Below, in pieces: positions 48,816-60,403 of a stretch of DNA of 64,000 nt. Position numbers and translations under genes: made by a program. Source of the DNA: Candidatus Latescibacterota bacterium (GTDB taxonomy: Bacteria > Latescibacterota > UBA2968 > SICM01); NCBI GenBank assembly GCA_965217865.1, contig CBDCJO010000002.1:384001-448000 (forward strand), written 5' to 3'. The notes under the pieces were generated by a model. That model was given only the letters and a program-made list of their open reading frames with translations. It made no database searches and had not been told where the DNA came from. Positions within the stretch are counted from its first letter, which is position 1. Each line of letters starts with the position of its first letter.

Positions 48816-51545
48816 CACCGAACAGATCATTGAACTCTCTCAAGATGCTCGAGAGCCGCTCCAGCTCCGGCTCCGGCACGTGGCCGCCGCCGCTCGGTGG
48901 CACGGGTGCGATCTCGGCATTCTCGTCGGGCAGCAGGATCTGCTGCACCGCGCGCTTCTCGACCCGATAGCTGTCCATGTCGATGGCGTCGAGGATGCCC
49001 TTGGAGAGGTCCTCCTCCTTGGGCGCCGGCAGCTTCGAGATCAGGAAGTTCAGGAAGATCGAGCGCTTCTCCCACGCGGCGTTCGTGTAGGGCAGGACGC
49101 ACGACAGGAAGCCGTAGGTCCGCGCGAATGCCTTGGCCTTGCCCTTGAAGTCCACATGCCCGTCCTCGTCCAGGTCTTTCCGATAGACCGCCACGCAGGC
49201 GTCGAGGATCGGATCCAATTGGTCGCGCTCGGCCCCGTCGAGGTAGCGCTCGACGAAGTCGTCGATCTGCTCGGGTGAGTAGACCTGGGTGGCATCCAGG
49301 TCCGCCTGCAGGTCGTGGAGCTTGTCGGGATCGGTCTCGCCGGCCAGGATCGTCGCGCGGTAGTAGTCGGTGAAGGCGTCGCGGATGGTGTCGGCGTCGT
49401 TGAGGAAGTCCAGCACGAAGACATCGTGCTTCTTCGGATGCGCCCGGTTGAGGCGCGACAGGGTCTGCACCGCCTTGATGCCAGACAGCGTCTTGTCCAC
49501 GTACATCGTGTGCAGCAACGGCTCGTCGTAGCCGGTCTGGAACTTGTCGACGCAGATCAGGAAGCGGTACGGATCCTGCTGGATCTTGTCGGCGATCTGG
49601 CCGGACGGAAAGCCGTTCAGCGACGTCTCGGTCACCTTCTCGCCGCCGAACTCGGGCTCGCCGGAGAAGGCCACGACGGTCCGGTACTGGCTCTTGCGCT
49701 CCTGCAGGTAGTCGCGGATGGCGTGGAAGTACTGGATCGTGCGCTCGATGCCGTTGGTGACCACCATCGCCCGCGCCTCGCCGCCGATCTTGTTCTTGGC
49801 GATGACCTGCTCGTGGAAGTGGTCGACCATGATCTCGGCCTTGAGGCGGATCGCGTGGTCGTGGCCCTCGACGAAGCGCCGCAGTTTCTTCTGCGCCTTC
49901 TTGACGTCGAACTCCGGGTCGTCCTCCACCGTTTTGGCAAGCCGGTAGTAGCTGGCCACCGGCGTGTAGTGCGCCAGCACGTCCAGGATGAACCCCTCCT
50001 GGATTGCCTGCTTCATGGTGTAGCTGTGGAAGGCGTGGTGCCTGACCGCGCCGCCGGGCTGCGGGTCCGGCGCGCCGAAGATCTCCAGCGTCTTGTTCTT
50101 CGGGGTGGCGGTAAACGCGAAGTAGCTGGCGTTCGGGAGCAGCTTGCGCGACTCCATCAGGCGGTTGATGTGGTCCTCGGTGGTCTCCTCCTCGGCCTCT
50201 TCACCGGCTGTCCCAAGCGCGGCCGAGATGGACGCCGAGGTGCGCCCACCCTGGCTGGAGTGCGCCTCGTCGATAATGATGGCGAAGCGCTGCCCGCGCT
50301 GCTCGTTGCCGATCTCGTCGAGGATGAAGGGGAACTTCTGAACCGTCGAGATGATGATCTTCTTGCCGGCCTCGATGAACCGGCGCAGGTCTCCGGAGCG
50401 CTCCGCGTGCCCCACCGTCGCGCCGACCTGGGCGACTGCTTGATGGTGTCGCGGATCTGCCGGTCGAGGATGCGCCTGTCGGTGACCACGATGATCGAGT
50501 CGAAGATCGGGGCGTCGTCCTTTGCGAGCCCGATCAGTTGGTGGGCCAGCCAAGCGATGGAGTTGCTCTTCCCGCTGCCCGCCGAGTGCTGGATCAGGTA
50601 GCGCCGGCCAGCCCCGTGCGTCGCGGCGTCGGCCAGCAGCCGGCGCACCACGTCGAGCTGTTGGTAGCGAGGCCAGATCTGCGTCCGCTTCTTCTTGCCG
50701 GTCTTCTCGTCCTTCGCCTCCACCACCTGGGCGTAGTTCTCCAGGATGTCGGTCAGGCTCTCGCGAGTCAGCACCTCGCGCCACAGGTAGTCGGTCTTGA
50801 TGCCGCTCGGGTTGGGCGGATTGCCAGCGCCGTCGTTCCAGCCCAGGTTGAACGGCAGGAACCAGGACGCCTTCCCCTTGAGGTGGGTGCAGAAGCGCAC
50901 GTCGCTCTCGTCCACCGCGAAGTGGGCCACGCAGCGGCCGAACTCGAACAGCTTCTCGCGCGGGTTGCGGTCCTTCTGGTACTGCCACACCGCATCGTCC
51001 ACCGTCTGCTTGGTCAGGCTGTTCTTCAGCTCGAACGTGAAGACCGGCAGGCCGTTGATGAAGAGGCCGATGTCGAGCGCCCGTTGGGTATCGTCGCGGC
51101 TGTAGCGAAGCTGCCGGACGACGGTGAAGCGGTTCTGCTCGAAGCGCTGCTGCGACTGCACGTTCCCGGGTGACGGAGTACCGTAGAAGATGTCCAGGTC
51201 GTGCGCGCCGTGCCTGAGGCCGTGGCGCAGCACGTCGATGGTGCCGCGCTTCGTGATTTCGCCTTGCAGCCGCGCCAGGAACTTGCGCCGCGTCGGACCA
51301 TTCTCGTCCAGCGCCAGCGACTCGGCCGCCTCCGGTTGGGTCGCGCGCAGGAATGCGGCAAGCTGAACGCGGTCGACACAAAACTCGCGGTCGTAGTCGT
51401 GCGAACTGCCACCGCTCCACCCCACGCCGCCGTAACCCGCGTGCGGCTCCGAGACCTGCCCCGCCTGCGGCGGATCACAGGCATGCCCGGCCAGCACCGT
51501 GCAGATCAGCCGTTCGAGGCCGCGTTCGCTGGTGTCGGTCGTCAC
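48816..51545 (-). pseudogene. hsdR: Type I restriction enzyme R subunit, frameshifted (~50435) and C-terminally truncated by IS3
   Basis: INGLPVFTFELKN, QHSAGSGKSNS, IIDEAHSSQ, FTATPK, DKFQTGYDEP, VQTLSRLNR across two frames. Confidence 0.9.
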
Positions 51546-52920
51546 ACCTCGGCCTCTTCGGGCACAGCATCGAGATCATCGGAGGGCTCTTCCTCGCCGT
51601 CGATCAAGGCATCCGCCTCGTCGAGCGGCTCCAGTTCCTCGACCTCATCCGGGAGTCGTGCCGCCGCCCGCACGTCGAGCTTCCCGGTGACCACGTCGGC
51701 GATCAGGCGGGTGCGGTATTCGCGCAGCAGCTCGATTTGGCGGCGGGCGCGGTCAACCGCGGTGTCAATGTCGGCGGTGGCCTTGTCGAGATAGCGGACG
51801 ATGGCGGCTTGCTCGGGGAGGGGGGGGAGAACCAACGACTGGTTTCCAATATCACCTACGCTGACAGCGTCGTACGTGGATCCAGTGGAAACCAACTTCA
51901 AACCATGACCAAGTGTTTCGAGTTGGTAGTGAGAGAATCCAGTGTGGGAAATTCTCTCGTTTGAGGTAATAGCACAAAGTCCCCGACCAATGCCATATTC
52001 CTGATCGGCTGTGTTTAGCTTGCCGACAGGTGCGCGAACTGACATAAGTATCGCACCCATCGGACTGATTCTTGATGGAGCACGACAAAATTGCACAGGA
52101 TTCGGGTGATGTGCCCCGAACTCCGCACAGCCTTGCAGGAATGGTGGGCCGATGCGCTCGTCACTGCAATCGTTCGAGGATGGAGACTGACCCATAAGTA
52201 GCGTCACTGAGTATTTCAATCGCCGCACCTCCCAATGCTCTGGCACGTCGCCGAACCACTCGACGCCGGAGGGCTTGAGGGGAACGTCGGAGTCCATGCC
52301 GCTGGTGACGGCCTGGTGGATGGTGGCCTGCTTCTGCTCCTTCAGCAGCACGATCAGCTGCTGCTGGGCGCGGATGTAGCGCCGGATGCGCCGGTCGGCG
52401 TGGTCGAGGAAGCGGACGATGGCGGCTTGTTCTGGCAAAGTGGGAAGGCACCCATAGATCATCTTGAAGTGCTCAGGTCACAGGCTCCACCTCCTTTGAG
52501 AAGGCAGGAGTCCGCAACAGGTAATGGAGGTAGCGAGAATCAGTCCCATCGCGCGGGCGCTCTACCACGTACGCTGGACTCACGATCCCTTGATAGCCAG
52601 AAACCCCAACAGACCCCTGCCACGCTCGCATCTTGTTGTAGGCAATGTCACCAGGCCGGACGAGCTTGTACGCGGACTTGTCCTGGTTCGAGCTGTCCTT
52701 CTTCGAGCTGTCGACTAGAAGTGCTTGCTGCCGGATGACGCCTCTTGTGATCGTCACCGATAGCATTTGTTCTTCCGGATGATCGCGTTCCTTCACCTCA
52801 GCAAAGAGTGCGCGGTTCGGCAACACCTCCCAGTGCTTTGGCACCTCTCCCAGCCACGGCACTCCGGAGTCCTTGTAGTCCGGGTACGGCTTGAGTGCGC
52901 GTGCCGCGTGGGTGCCGAGT
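51542..52920 (-). pseudogene. hsdS: Type I RM specificity subunit, split by a deletion and stop near 52475-52490
   Basis: YKDSGVPWLGEVP.HWEV, LPTLPEQAAIVRFLD, LKPSGVEWFGDVPEHW, EYRTRLIADVVTGKLDVR. Confidence 0.88.
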
Positions 52921-53164
52921 TCACATGTCGAGTTCACGGAGAAGCTCCTCGACGGTCATTTCGTGGTGCCGGGCAACGCTCTTCCAGGATGCTCGACAGC
53001 GTCTTCGCCCTGATCGGCGTGTGCAGCGGGATCACCTCATGATGTTCACCGTTGATCTGCGTCGTGATCCGCACGTGGGAGCCTCGCTGTCGCACGGTGT
53101 CGTACCCCAGACGTCGAAGCGATGCTTGCAGCGTCGCGCCGCTCACGTTGCGGGACAACTTCAT
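52921..53164 (-). pseudogene. hicA: HicA-family toxin, +1 frameshift near 52985
   Basis: LGYDTVRQRGSHVRI...IPLH. The natural tail KSVARHHEMTVEELLRELDM* is in the next frame. Confidence 0.8.
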
Positions 53165-53373
53165 GCCACGAGAACCTCATCCCGCACGAAGTACAACCGG
53201 ATCAACTTCGGTCGCGGCATGGTGTCGTCGAAGTAGCAGTCGACGGCCTCTTTGACGTTGCTGCGGATCTCCTCGACAGACTCGCCCTGGGTGTGAATGC
53301 CGTGCCCGATCGCGCTTGCCGAGTACCCGCCGTCCACTTCGTCTTCGGTGACTTCGAAGATGATCTCGGTCAT
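53161..53373 (-). CDS. hicB: HicB-family antitoxin
   Basis: DGGYSA..IG..IHTQGESVEEIRSNVKEAV; stop/start coupled to hicA. Confidence 0.8.
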   Translation of the reverse strand: MTEIIFEVTEDEVDGGYSASAIGHGIHTQGESVEEIRSNVKEAVDCYFDDTMPRPKLIRLYFVRDEVLVA

Positions 53374-53437
53374 GTAGTCGTCTCCCGCTGTTCGCCGCTG
53401 CCGAGGATCTCGGCCAGCAGCCCCTCCGTCCCGCTCC
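53370..53437 (-). pseudogene. hsdM: Residual C-terminus of type I methyltransferase
   Basis: TEGLLAEILG tail typical of HsdM; its TGA overlaps the hicB ATG. Confidence 0.55.
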
Positions 53438-53439
53438 TC

Positions 53440-53954
53440 TGTCCTGTCGCGCGCGCCTCAACCAGCCGTCGCACGTCCCGCGCCCACCACGCGGAAGGAT
53501 CAACCGAAATGTCCTTGTCCCGACCGGGGGTAAGCCCCAACATCGGGCGGCTGGATGAGCCGCCGTTCATGCGCGCAACACCCTGGTTTCCTGCGCCGCC
53601 ATAGCCCTCGGACGTTTGCAGCGACACCAGCGCGCACACCCAATCCTCCGGTGTCGCCCGCTTCGCCACAGATTGTTTCAGGTCGTGATTCTTCGAAGTG
53701 ATCAGCATGTCGAGCGCATCGAGCGTCGCCACGGCGGACCATTTAAGGCCTCCCGGGTCCGGCGGCTGCAGGAAGGCTGGTTTTCCCCGTTCGTCTATAG
53801 TGAGCCGCCATGGCGCGTCGTCGGTATGATCCCGAGTCAATCTCCGCAGGTCAACTGCCCAGTCCGCCGCATCCACTGACAGGTCGTTGCGCTTCGCCGC
53901 CCACAGCGCAAGTGCGCCAAGTTGCACAAGAAACATGTGCCAAGCCGGGCGCTG
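53440..53954 (-). pseudogene. cas8e: Internal fragment of type I-E CRISPR Cascade large subunit Cas8e (Cse1/CasA)
   Basis: QRPAWHMFLVQL, PAFLQP, DALDMLITSKNHDLK and LQTSEGYGGAGNQGVARMNGG.SSRP motifs. Confidence 0.75.
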
Positions 53955-53957
53955 GTC

Positions 53958-54040
53958 TTCGTGGTTAAATCTGAACTCTATTTCCTTCAGGGATAAATGG
54001 AACTGATGTCGAGGGATTCCTCTGTATTGATATACCAATT
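53958..54040 (-). mobile_element. IS1595-family transposase C-terminal scrap
   Basis: YRGIPRHQFHLSLKEIEFRFNH resembles the IS1595 tail. Confidence 0.6.
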
Positions 54041-54067
54041 TTTAGAGGCCGGTTGAGCATGTCATTG

Positions 54068-54802
54068 TTAAGTCAACAATCCAAAGATCGATTTGATGCG
54101 CAACAACCATACTGTCCAAATGGCTTCACCCATGATTCTTTTTGACATCTTTGAATCACCTGCTGTGCGATCATAAAATATGATAGGAATTTCTTTTATC
54201 CTGAATCCCTTCTTCCATATTCGCATTGTAACTTCAATCTGAAATGCATAGCCAGATGCATGAAGACTTTCAAGATCAATAGCCACCAAGGCCTCTCGGC
54301 GAAAGCACTTAAATCCACCTGTGGCATCTCTCACCGGCATTCCAGTTACCAACCGAGCATATACATTGGCATAGTAGGACAGTAAAAGCCTCGTTATTGG
54401 CCAGTTAATAACATTTACCCCCGTTATGTACCTTGAACCCAGCACCAAGTCGTGGTTTTCTATTTCCCTCAAATGGTCTTCCAAATATTGGGGTCGATGA
54501 GAAAAGTCAGCATCCATCTCAAAAATGTAATTGAATTTCCTTTCAATTGCCCATTTGAACCCTGCAATATAAGCTCTTCCGATCCCTTCTTTTTTTTCCC
54601 GGTGTAATACGTAAACTTTGTCGTACAACTTGGCTAGGTTCTCAGCAATCTCGCCCGTTCCATCAGGGGAATTGTCATCCACAATTAGGATACTAATGCG
54701 CAGGTCCACTGGCAAAATTGCTTGGACTATCCGTTCAACGTTTTCTCGTTCATTATAAGTTGGGATTATTACTAAGGCCCTTTTTGTCTTCCTCTTAGAC
54801 AT
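54068..54802 (-). CDS. Polyprenol monophosphomannose synthase (GT2, DPM1-like)
   Basis: IIPTYNEREN, VDDNSPDGT, MDADFSH, DATGGFKCFR, GYAFQIE; low GC. Confidence 0.9.
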   Translation of the reverse strand: MSKRKTKRALVIIPTYNERENVERIVQAILPVDLRISILIVDDNSPDGTGEIAENLAKLYDKVYVLHREKKEGIGRAYIAGFKWAIERKFNYIFEMDADFSHRPQYLEDHLREIENHDLVLGSRYITGVNVINWPITRLLLSYYANVYARLVTGMPVRDATGGFKCFRREALVAIDLESLHASGYAFQIEVTMRIWKKGFRIKEIPIIFYDRTAGDSKMSKRIMGEAIWTVWLLRIKSIFGLLT

Positions 54803-55028
54803 TCTCAAACCTTTCAACAAAAAAGTGTATCCTTTTACCTTGATGATTGTGTTGAGAGAATAAAGAAGATAATAATGGGTTTTCGTGCGCCTGTAGCAGA
54901 AGCGCTGGTTGTGGGATTCTTGGATACTTCTCTGACGGCGAGAATATTGACGTGGTGAGGCGATTCTCCCGGGCATTGGCTACACGGAATTTAAGAGTTG
55001 ACAGGATACGCCAAATTCATATATTTTC

Positions 55029-55256
55029 GAGTTCTCGGCAAGAGGTGTGTAAAAAGGTCAGGCGGCCAGCTTCTTCCCGGAGTCGATAGTGGTCTTGTTG
55101 TGTCGCGGTGGTGCTGTGCGTAGACAGCCGTTAGCAGATGGGGTGCATTGAGTCGTCGGAAGCGTTTTTCAGCGACCATCAGTGTGCGCCAGATCAGGGC
55201 GCTTGCGGCGGCGACCTTTTTGTATCGCTTGGCCGCGTTGGTTCTGAGGCGGACGG
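55029..55256 (-). mobile_element. IS256-family right-end fragment
   Basis: Near-identical to 60404-60628, including GAG.TCTCG.CAAGAGGTGTGTAAAAAG. Confidence 0.85.
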
Positions 55257-55313
55257 CATTGACCGAACCTGAAGAGGATTGACAAAAGAACTCAAACTGC
55301 CCGGAGGCTGCAG

Positions 55314-55878
55314 ATGAAGATGGTATGTCTGTTTATCATTTTAGTTCTTTTTCCTTTTGGTCCCGCAATAGAGGCAACGGATCTAAAAGATCTAATAAAG
55401 ATATATGGAAGCATCCGTCCAGAAATTATCAGCCGTTCTCCAGAGAGCGGTGACGGTACTAGACGTATGGACGACGGATATTCACGGATGGGCATCAAGG
55501 GGAAGGCCACTTTATCCGAAAGCCTGTGGGGGTTTTATAAATACGAGCGCCGTGTCTCCTCGAATGACGGGGAAGACGATGGCGCCGTTCGTGGGGACAA
55601 CAATGAACTGAGGCAGGTTCACGCAGGGATCGGCGGGAATTTCGGAACCCTATCGATCGGACCTGGATCTCACACCTCTGAACAGCGTAAGACTCGCCGT
55701 GACATTTAAACGAGACGGTGACAATTCCGACCTCGATGAGGTCTATGTTATCTTCGGAGGAGACCACAGGTTTTCCGAGCATTTTATGGCTTTCGTAGAA
55801 TTTTTCAGGAAATCAACAAAGGTTCCGCAGCCAGGCGATGAAGTCGCATTGATCTCCGGGTTCCGGTTTGATTTCTAA
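55314..55878 (+). pseudogene. Gram-negative porin with central deletion
   Basis: Signal peptide, KIYGSIR, SRMGIKG, GNFGTLSIG. Out-of-frame C-terminus (55663-55878) ends ...ISGFRFDF* (beta-signal). Confidence 0.7.
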
Positions 55879-56056
55879 CCTCAATCCGGCATTCCTGGGC
55901 TGCATTAAGGCACTTTATGACTCGTGTTTTAGAGGGCTCCGTGGCCCTATGATCGCGGAATCTCGGTCCACATTCTGTGAAGATCTCAAAATGAGCCTTC
56001 ATGAAAGTATTTGAACTTGGATACCCTTTCCTTGTGGAAGGGGAGGAAAAGTTACG

Positions 56057-56504
56057 ATGGGACTCCGACGGAGCAGTCACGCAGTCTATGATAGCCAGTA
56101 TTCTCTGGTATGGGCGCCGAAGTATCGGAAATGGATTTTGCGAGGTGACCTTCGAGCGTATGTGGGCAAGCTGTTTCATCGGATAGCTGAAGATTTGGGT
56201 TTTGACATCCAAGAGATGGAAGGTGGCCGAAGATCATGTGCATATTTTCTTGTCGTTTCCTCCCCGGTATTCGATTTCCAAGGGAGTGGGCATTTTGAAG
56301 AGTATTTCGGGCAGCCGGGTCTTCCGAGAACATCCGGAGGTGAAAAGGGAGTTATGGGGTGGAGAGTTCTGGGAAGATGGTTATTTTGCCCGCACCGTAG
56401 GCGACAAGGTGACTTCTGAAGTGATCGAGCAATATATTCGGTATCATCGTCAAGAGCAGAAAGGGCCCCTACAGTTGGATCTGTTTGGGGATGGGAGTGG
56501 TTAA
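56057..56504 (+). pseudogene. tnpA: IS200/IS605 transposase TnpA, frameshifted near 56220
   Basis: LVWAPKYRK, DHVHIF (HUH), LWGGEFWEDGYF; downstream hairpin GCCCCGCCCTTTGGGTGGGGT. Confidence 0.85.
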
Positions 56505-57390
56505 TGCCCCGCCCTTTGGGTGGGGTGGTTTACTCGGCTCTTTGCTCTTGAACAGATTCGTCTCTACCTACAAGTTACGTCCCCCGATCTGTGATAATCT
56601 GGTATTATCTGTGGTGTTTTTTGCCGGATTAAGGCTAACTCGTCATTTATTTGGAAAAAGCTAGGATTGTCAGCAAAAGCACCGAGAGGGAAATCATGAA
56701 AAAGTTAATTTTCTTAATTCGGTCGTGAGGTCGCTACCCATCTGCAGGCAGCCAGAGATTCCGCCTGCCGTTTGGGTCGACACGAAGGAACGCACTTGGC
56801 CAACGTCGCCGGGCGTCGTCTCCCGCCCAGGTTCGAACCGGGGGGAGCGGCCTTGATCGAATGCGGATTTCCAACGGACACATGTGCCAAATCCGCGCGC
56901 CGGGGCAGCCTGTTCCAAATCCACTCCGGTACAATAGACAGAGATCGAAATGCGTTCTCAGCAGAGACGGACAGGACTCTCACGGCACGTCACGTCTCAT
57001 GTCGTTCTCGCACAGAATGGCAAGCGAAGTAGTCGTCCGGAACCGGACCAGGCCTATCAACGTCTACTATCCTTGCGAGCGAGTCACGGAGACCCGAACA
57101 AGTGACACCGAGACGCGGACGGAAACCGGTCCAAATCCGGTTCGGGGACTCTGTGCAAGGCCGTCGCGCATTTCATGCGGGGGCTCGACGATGACCAGGC
57201 GGGAAAGCGACCGAACGAAAACGCGTGCAGGTTCCTTGCGAACTCGAAAGTCGAGGACGCACTCAACGCCATCGCCGCCAGTATCGAACGGATGTCCGAC
57301 GAGCAAACACCGGACATCCCGCGCGACAGAAGGGCCATACAAACCGTGAAGAACCATAATTCCCAATTCTAATTTGGAGGGATAGGAGAT

Positions 57391-58959
57391 ATGCGCAGAT
57401 ACACCCGTTTTCTCGTCGCCCAGCTGCTTTTCGCACTGTTCCTGTCGTGCATCTTTCCCATCTCCCTCCTTTCACAGGAGGACGCCCGGGAGACCGGGTC
57501 CCCGGGCTGGATGGAGCATCTGATCCTGAACCTGAACGAGTATCTCGGGCACATGGTCAGTTTTATGGATGACATCCTTTTTGCTGATTTCGGGACGGGT
57601 GTCCCGCTGATCGTTGTCGTCCTGGTGGCGGGCGGGGTCTACTTCTCCTTCTTCTTCGGATGGATGTCAATCCGGGGATTTCTGCACGCCATCCAGGTGA
57701 TCCGGGGGCGCTATGACGACCCCAAGGACCCGGGTGAGATCTCCCATTTTCAGGCCCTCACCAGCGCGCTTTCCGCCACGATCGGCTTGGGCAACATCGC
57801 AGGCGTGGCCATCGCCGTGGGGTTGGGGGGACCCGGCGCGGTCTTCTGGATGATCCTCACCGCCCTGTTCGGGATGTCCTCAAAACTCGCTTCCTGCACG
57901 CTAGCGGTCATGTACCGCAAGGTTCATCCGGACGGCCATATATCCGGTGGTCCGATGTACTATCTGGAGCAGGGGCTCCAGAAAAAGGGGCTTCGGCGCC
58001 TCGGCCGCACACTTGCCATTCTGTTTGCGCTCCTCACCATCGGAGCCTCCCTGGGGGGCGGGAACATGTTCCAGGCCAACCAGACGGTGGAGATCTTCAG
58101 CACGGTCTCCGAGGACTTCAGGACCTACAGCTGGGTGGTTGGTCTCTGCTTGTCGATCCTGGTCGGCGTCGTGATCATCGGGGGTATTCGGCGGATCGGC
58201 CGGGTCACGTCCCGTATCGTTCCGTTTATGTGCCTCGCCTACGGGATCATGTCGAGTCTGATCATTCTCTCCCATCTTTCCGATGTCCCGGAGATGATCG
58301 CCAGGATCGTGGGGGAAGCCTTCACGGGGCCTGCTATTTACGGCGGATTCATCGGAATCCTTGTCACCGGGGTGAAGCGGGCGGCCTTCTCGAACGAGGC
58401 CGGCCTCGGGTCCGCTGCATTTGCGCATTCGGCAGCGAAGACCGATGAGCCCGCGCGCGAAGGTATGGTCGCGATGATCGGCCCCTTTATCGACACGATC
58501 GTCATCTGTATGATGACGGCCATGGTGTGTATGATTACGGGTGTTTACAACGACCCGCAGTTCCAGGGTCAGGGGGGCTTCGTCGTGGGGGCCAGGATGA
58601 CGGCGGCGGCCTTCGAGTCGTTTATACCCGGCTCCCGCTACGTCCTTTCGCTGGCCGTCATGCTCTTTGCTTACTCAACGATGATCGCCTGGTCCTACTA
58701 CGGGGAACGGGCGTGGGAATATCTCTTCGGAGCCAAATCCATCCTTGTCTTTCGGATCACCTTCGTCTGCTTCGTGTTTATCGGATCGGTCACCACGTTA
58801 AAAAGTGTGCTCGACTTTTCGGATATGATGATGCTCGGCATGGCCTTCCCGAATATTATCGGGCTCGTGATCCTGAGTCCGCAGATCAAGGCGACTCTGA
58901 ACGAATACTGGGGGCGGCTGAAATCGGGACAGATGGTCCCATACCGGGAGGGGCAATAA
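57391..58959 (+). CDS. Alanine/glycine:cation symporter (AGCS family)
   Basis: GEISHFQAL, IGLGNIAGVA, GGPGAVFWM, GGPMYY, FSNEAGLGSA, FIDTIVIC. Confidence 0.93.
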   Translation: MRRYTRFLVAQLLFALFLSCIFPISLLSQEDARETGSPGWMEHLILNLNEYLGHMVSFMDDILFADFGTGVPLIVVVLVAGGVYFSFFFGWMSIRGFLHAIQVIRGRYDDPKDPGEISHFQALTSALSATIGLGNIAGVAIAVGLGGPGAVFWMILTALFGMSSKLASCTLAVMYRKVHPDGHISGGPMYYLEQGLQKKGLRRLGRTLAILFALLTIGASLGGGNMFQANQTVEIFSTVSEDFRTYSWVVGLCLSILVGVVIIGGIRRIGRVTSRIVPFMCLAYGIMSSLIILSHLSDVPEMIARIVGEAFTGPAIYGGFIGILVTGVKRAAFSNEAGLGSAAFAHSAAKTDEPAREGMVAMIGPFIDTIVICMMTAMVCMITGVYNDPQFQGQGGFVVGARMTAAAFESFIPGSRYVLSLAVMLFAYSTMIAWSYYGERAWEYLFGAKSILVFRITFVCFVFIGSVTTLKSVLDFSDMMMLGMAFPNIIGLVILSPQIKATLNEYWGRLKSGQMVPYREGQ

Positions 58960-59575
58960 AGTTCGGTAATTATCACGTTGGCCACAATTAAGGTAACATG
59001 GTGATATCAGTTTCAGTTGGCGGCATATCGTACTGAATTCTCATGGAAGTAACGCATAACCAATGAAGGGTTATCCCGGCGATGGTTCAGATAAATGCGG
59101 AGATTTCGCATCAACGCCGGTCGGTTGCGCGCGCGTTTTCGGCCAACAGCGTTAGCCTTGACGTCCTCCGAAAATGCATACTGGATCAAGGAGGACATAT
59201 GAACCGTACTGTTTTATTGGTAATTATATACTTGAAAAAGTGATAATGAACCAAACGTGTTTGGTCCATTCCTCAAGGGATGCTTCGTATAGATCAACTC
59301 CCGTTTTTGATCACGATCCGCTTGAGTTCAACCATATCCGACTTGATTTCAGCAATCTTCTTTTCCGTAGCCGGCTCGCTGGTCTGCAAACTGAGCTTGC
59401 GTGTTCTCGTCGTTTGTTTTAAGGCGATTATCCGCGCGTATCGATGCAATGGCTTCAACAATCACGTTTTGAAACGCCTTCGCAAGGTTTACAGCGCTCC
59501 CGTTCAAATCGTGACTGGCCATGTCATTTCTCCTCTTTTTACTTTGTCAAGTATATAATTACCGTTTTGTTGTTC

Positions 59576-60403
59576 ATGGGTGTCATCGCAACGTGGGCGT
59601 GTGTACCGCGCTTGGCGCAGGCCCAGACGGGCTCGGGGTTTTATCTGAGCAGCGAATTGGGCGTTCAGGGCGCCTCGTCACTGAATATCACCGGAAGCAG
59701 CAACGATCGGGCCAGCGTGTGCGATGAGTTTATCAATCCGATGTATGCGATGGTCACGACAATTTCAGGATACGAGAGCTATAACTGCACGGGCCCGGAT
59801 CGGGGATCGACTGGAGATTGGACGAACAATTTCGACGGGGCCCGGGGCGTTCTGGCCAGAGCAGCGGTGGGATATGGCTTCCGGGAGAGATACCCGGGCC
59901 ACGTTCTGGGGCGGCTCCGTCTGGAGTTGGAGTACTTCTACCGGAACGCGGCGTATGATCAGAGGTCCAATATCCCCAGTGCATCGGGCGAGAGCGGCGA
60001 CAAGCTCGTTCAAGAAATTGTGACAGCGCAGGACTGGATCGGGAGCATCACCGCGCATAACTTGTTCGGAAATCTGTATTTCGACTTCGTCAACAACAGC
60101 CGCTTCACACCCTATCTCGGGTTCGGTAGCGGGATCGGTTTCACCGACATGGACTATGGGGGTCTCTGGGCGAGGAACTTCGATATGAACGGGATTGCCA
60201 CGGGCGACGGTCTGCCTAACGCATCCGAGATCCGCCAGAATCTGGCTGGAACCGCCAGCGTCGCAGAAACCGAACTCAGCGATACGCCCGTTGGCTATCA
60301 GGTGCTATTTGGTGTTGATTACGCGCTGACGGAATCGATGTCTCTTGGTGTGAAGGGCCGCTGGGTCGACTTCGGTTTCTTCAGTGATGGCGGGGCTACC
60401 TGG
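59576..60403 (+). pseudogene. Outer-membrane beta-barrel protein (opacity/OMP_b-brl-like), truncated by IS256
   Basis: AQAQ..SGFYL, RLELEYFYR, NLYFDF...FTPYLGFG.G, GYQVLFGVDY. Confidence 0.75.

Noticed and set aside
49315-51173. Long plus-strand ORFs (428 aa, 211 aa)
   Set aside because: Antisense shadows of GC-rich hsdR.
48802-51420. 872-aa minus-strand ORF as a single novel protein
   Set aside because: Its N-terminal third is off-frame read-through; the real product is frameshifted HsdR starting at 51545.
56690-57372. Several overlapping ORFs upstream of the AGCS gene
   Set aside because: No recognisable motifs and internal stops in the most protein-like frame; left unannotated.
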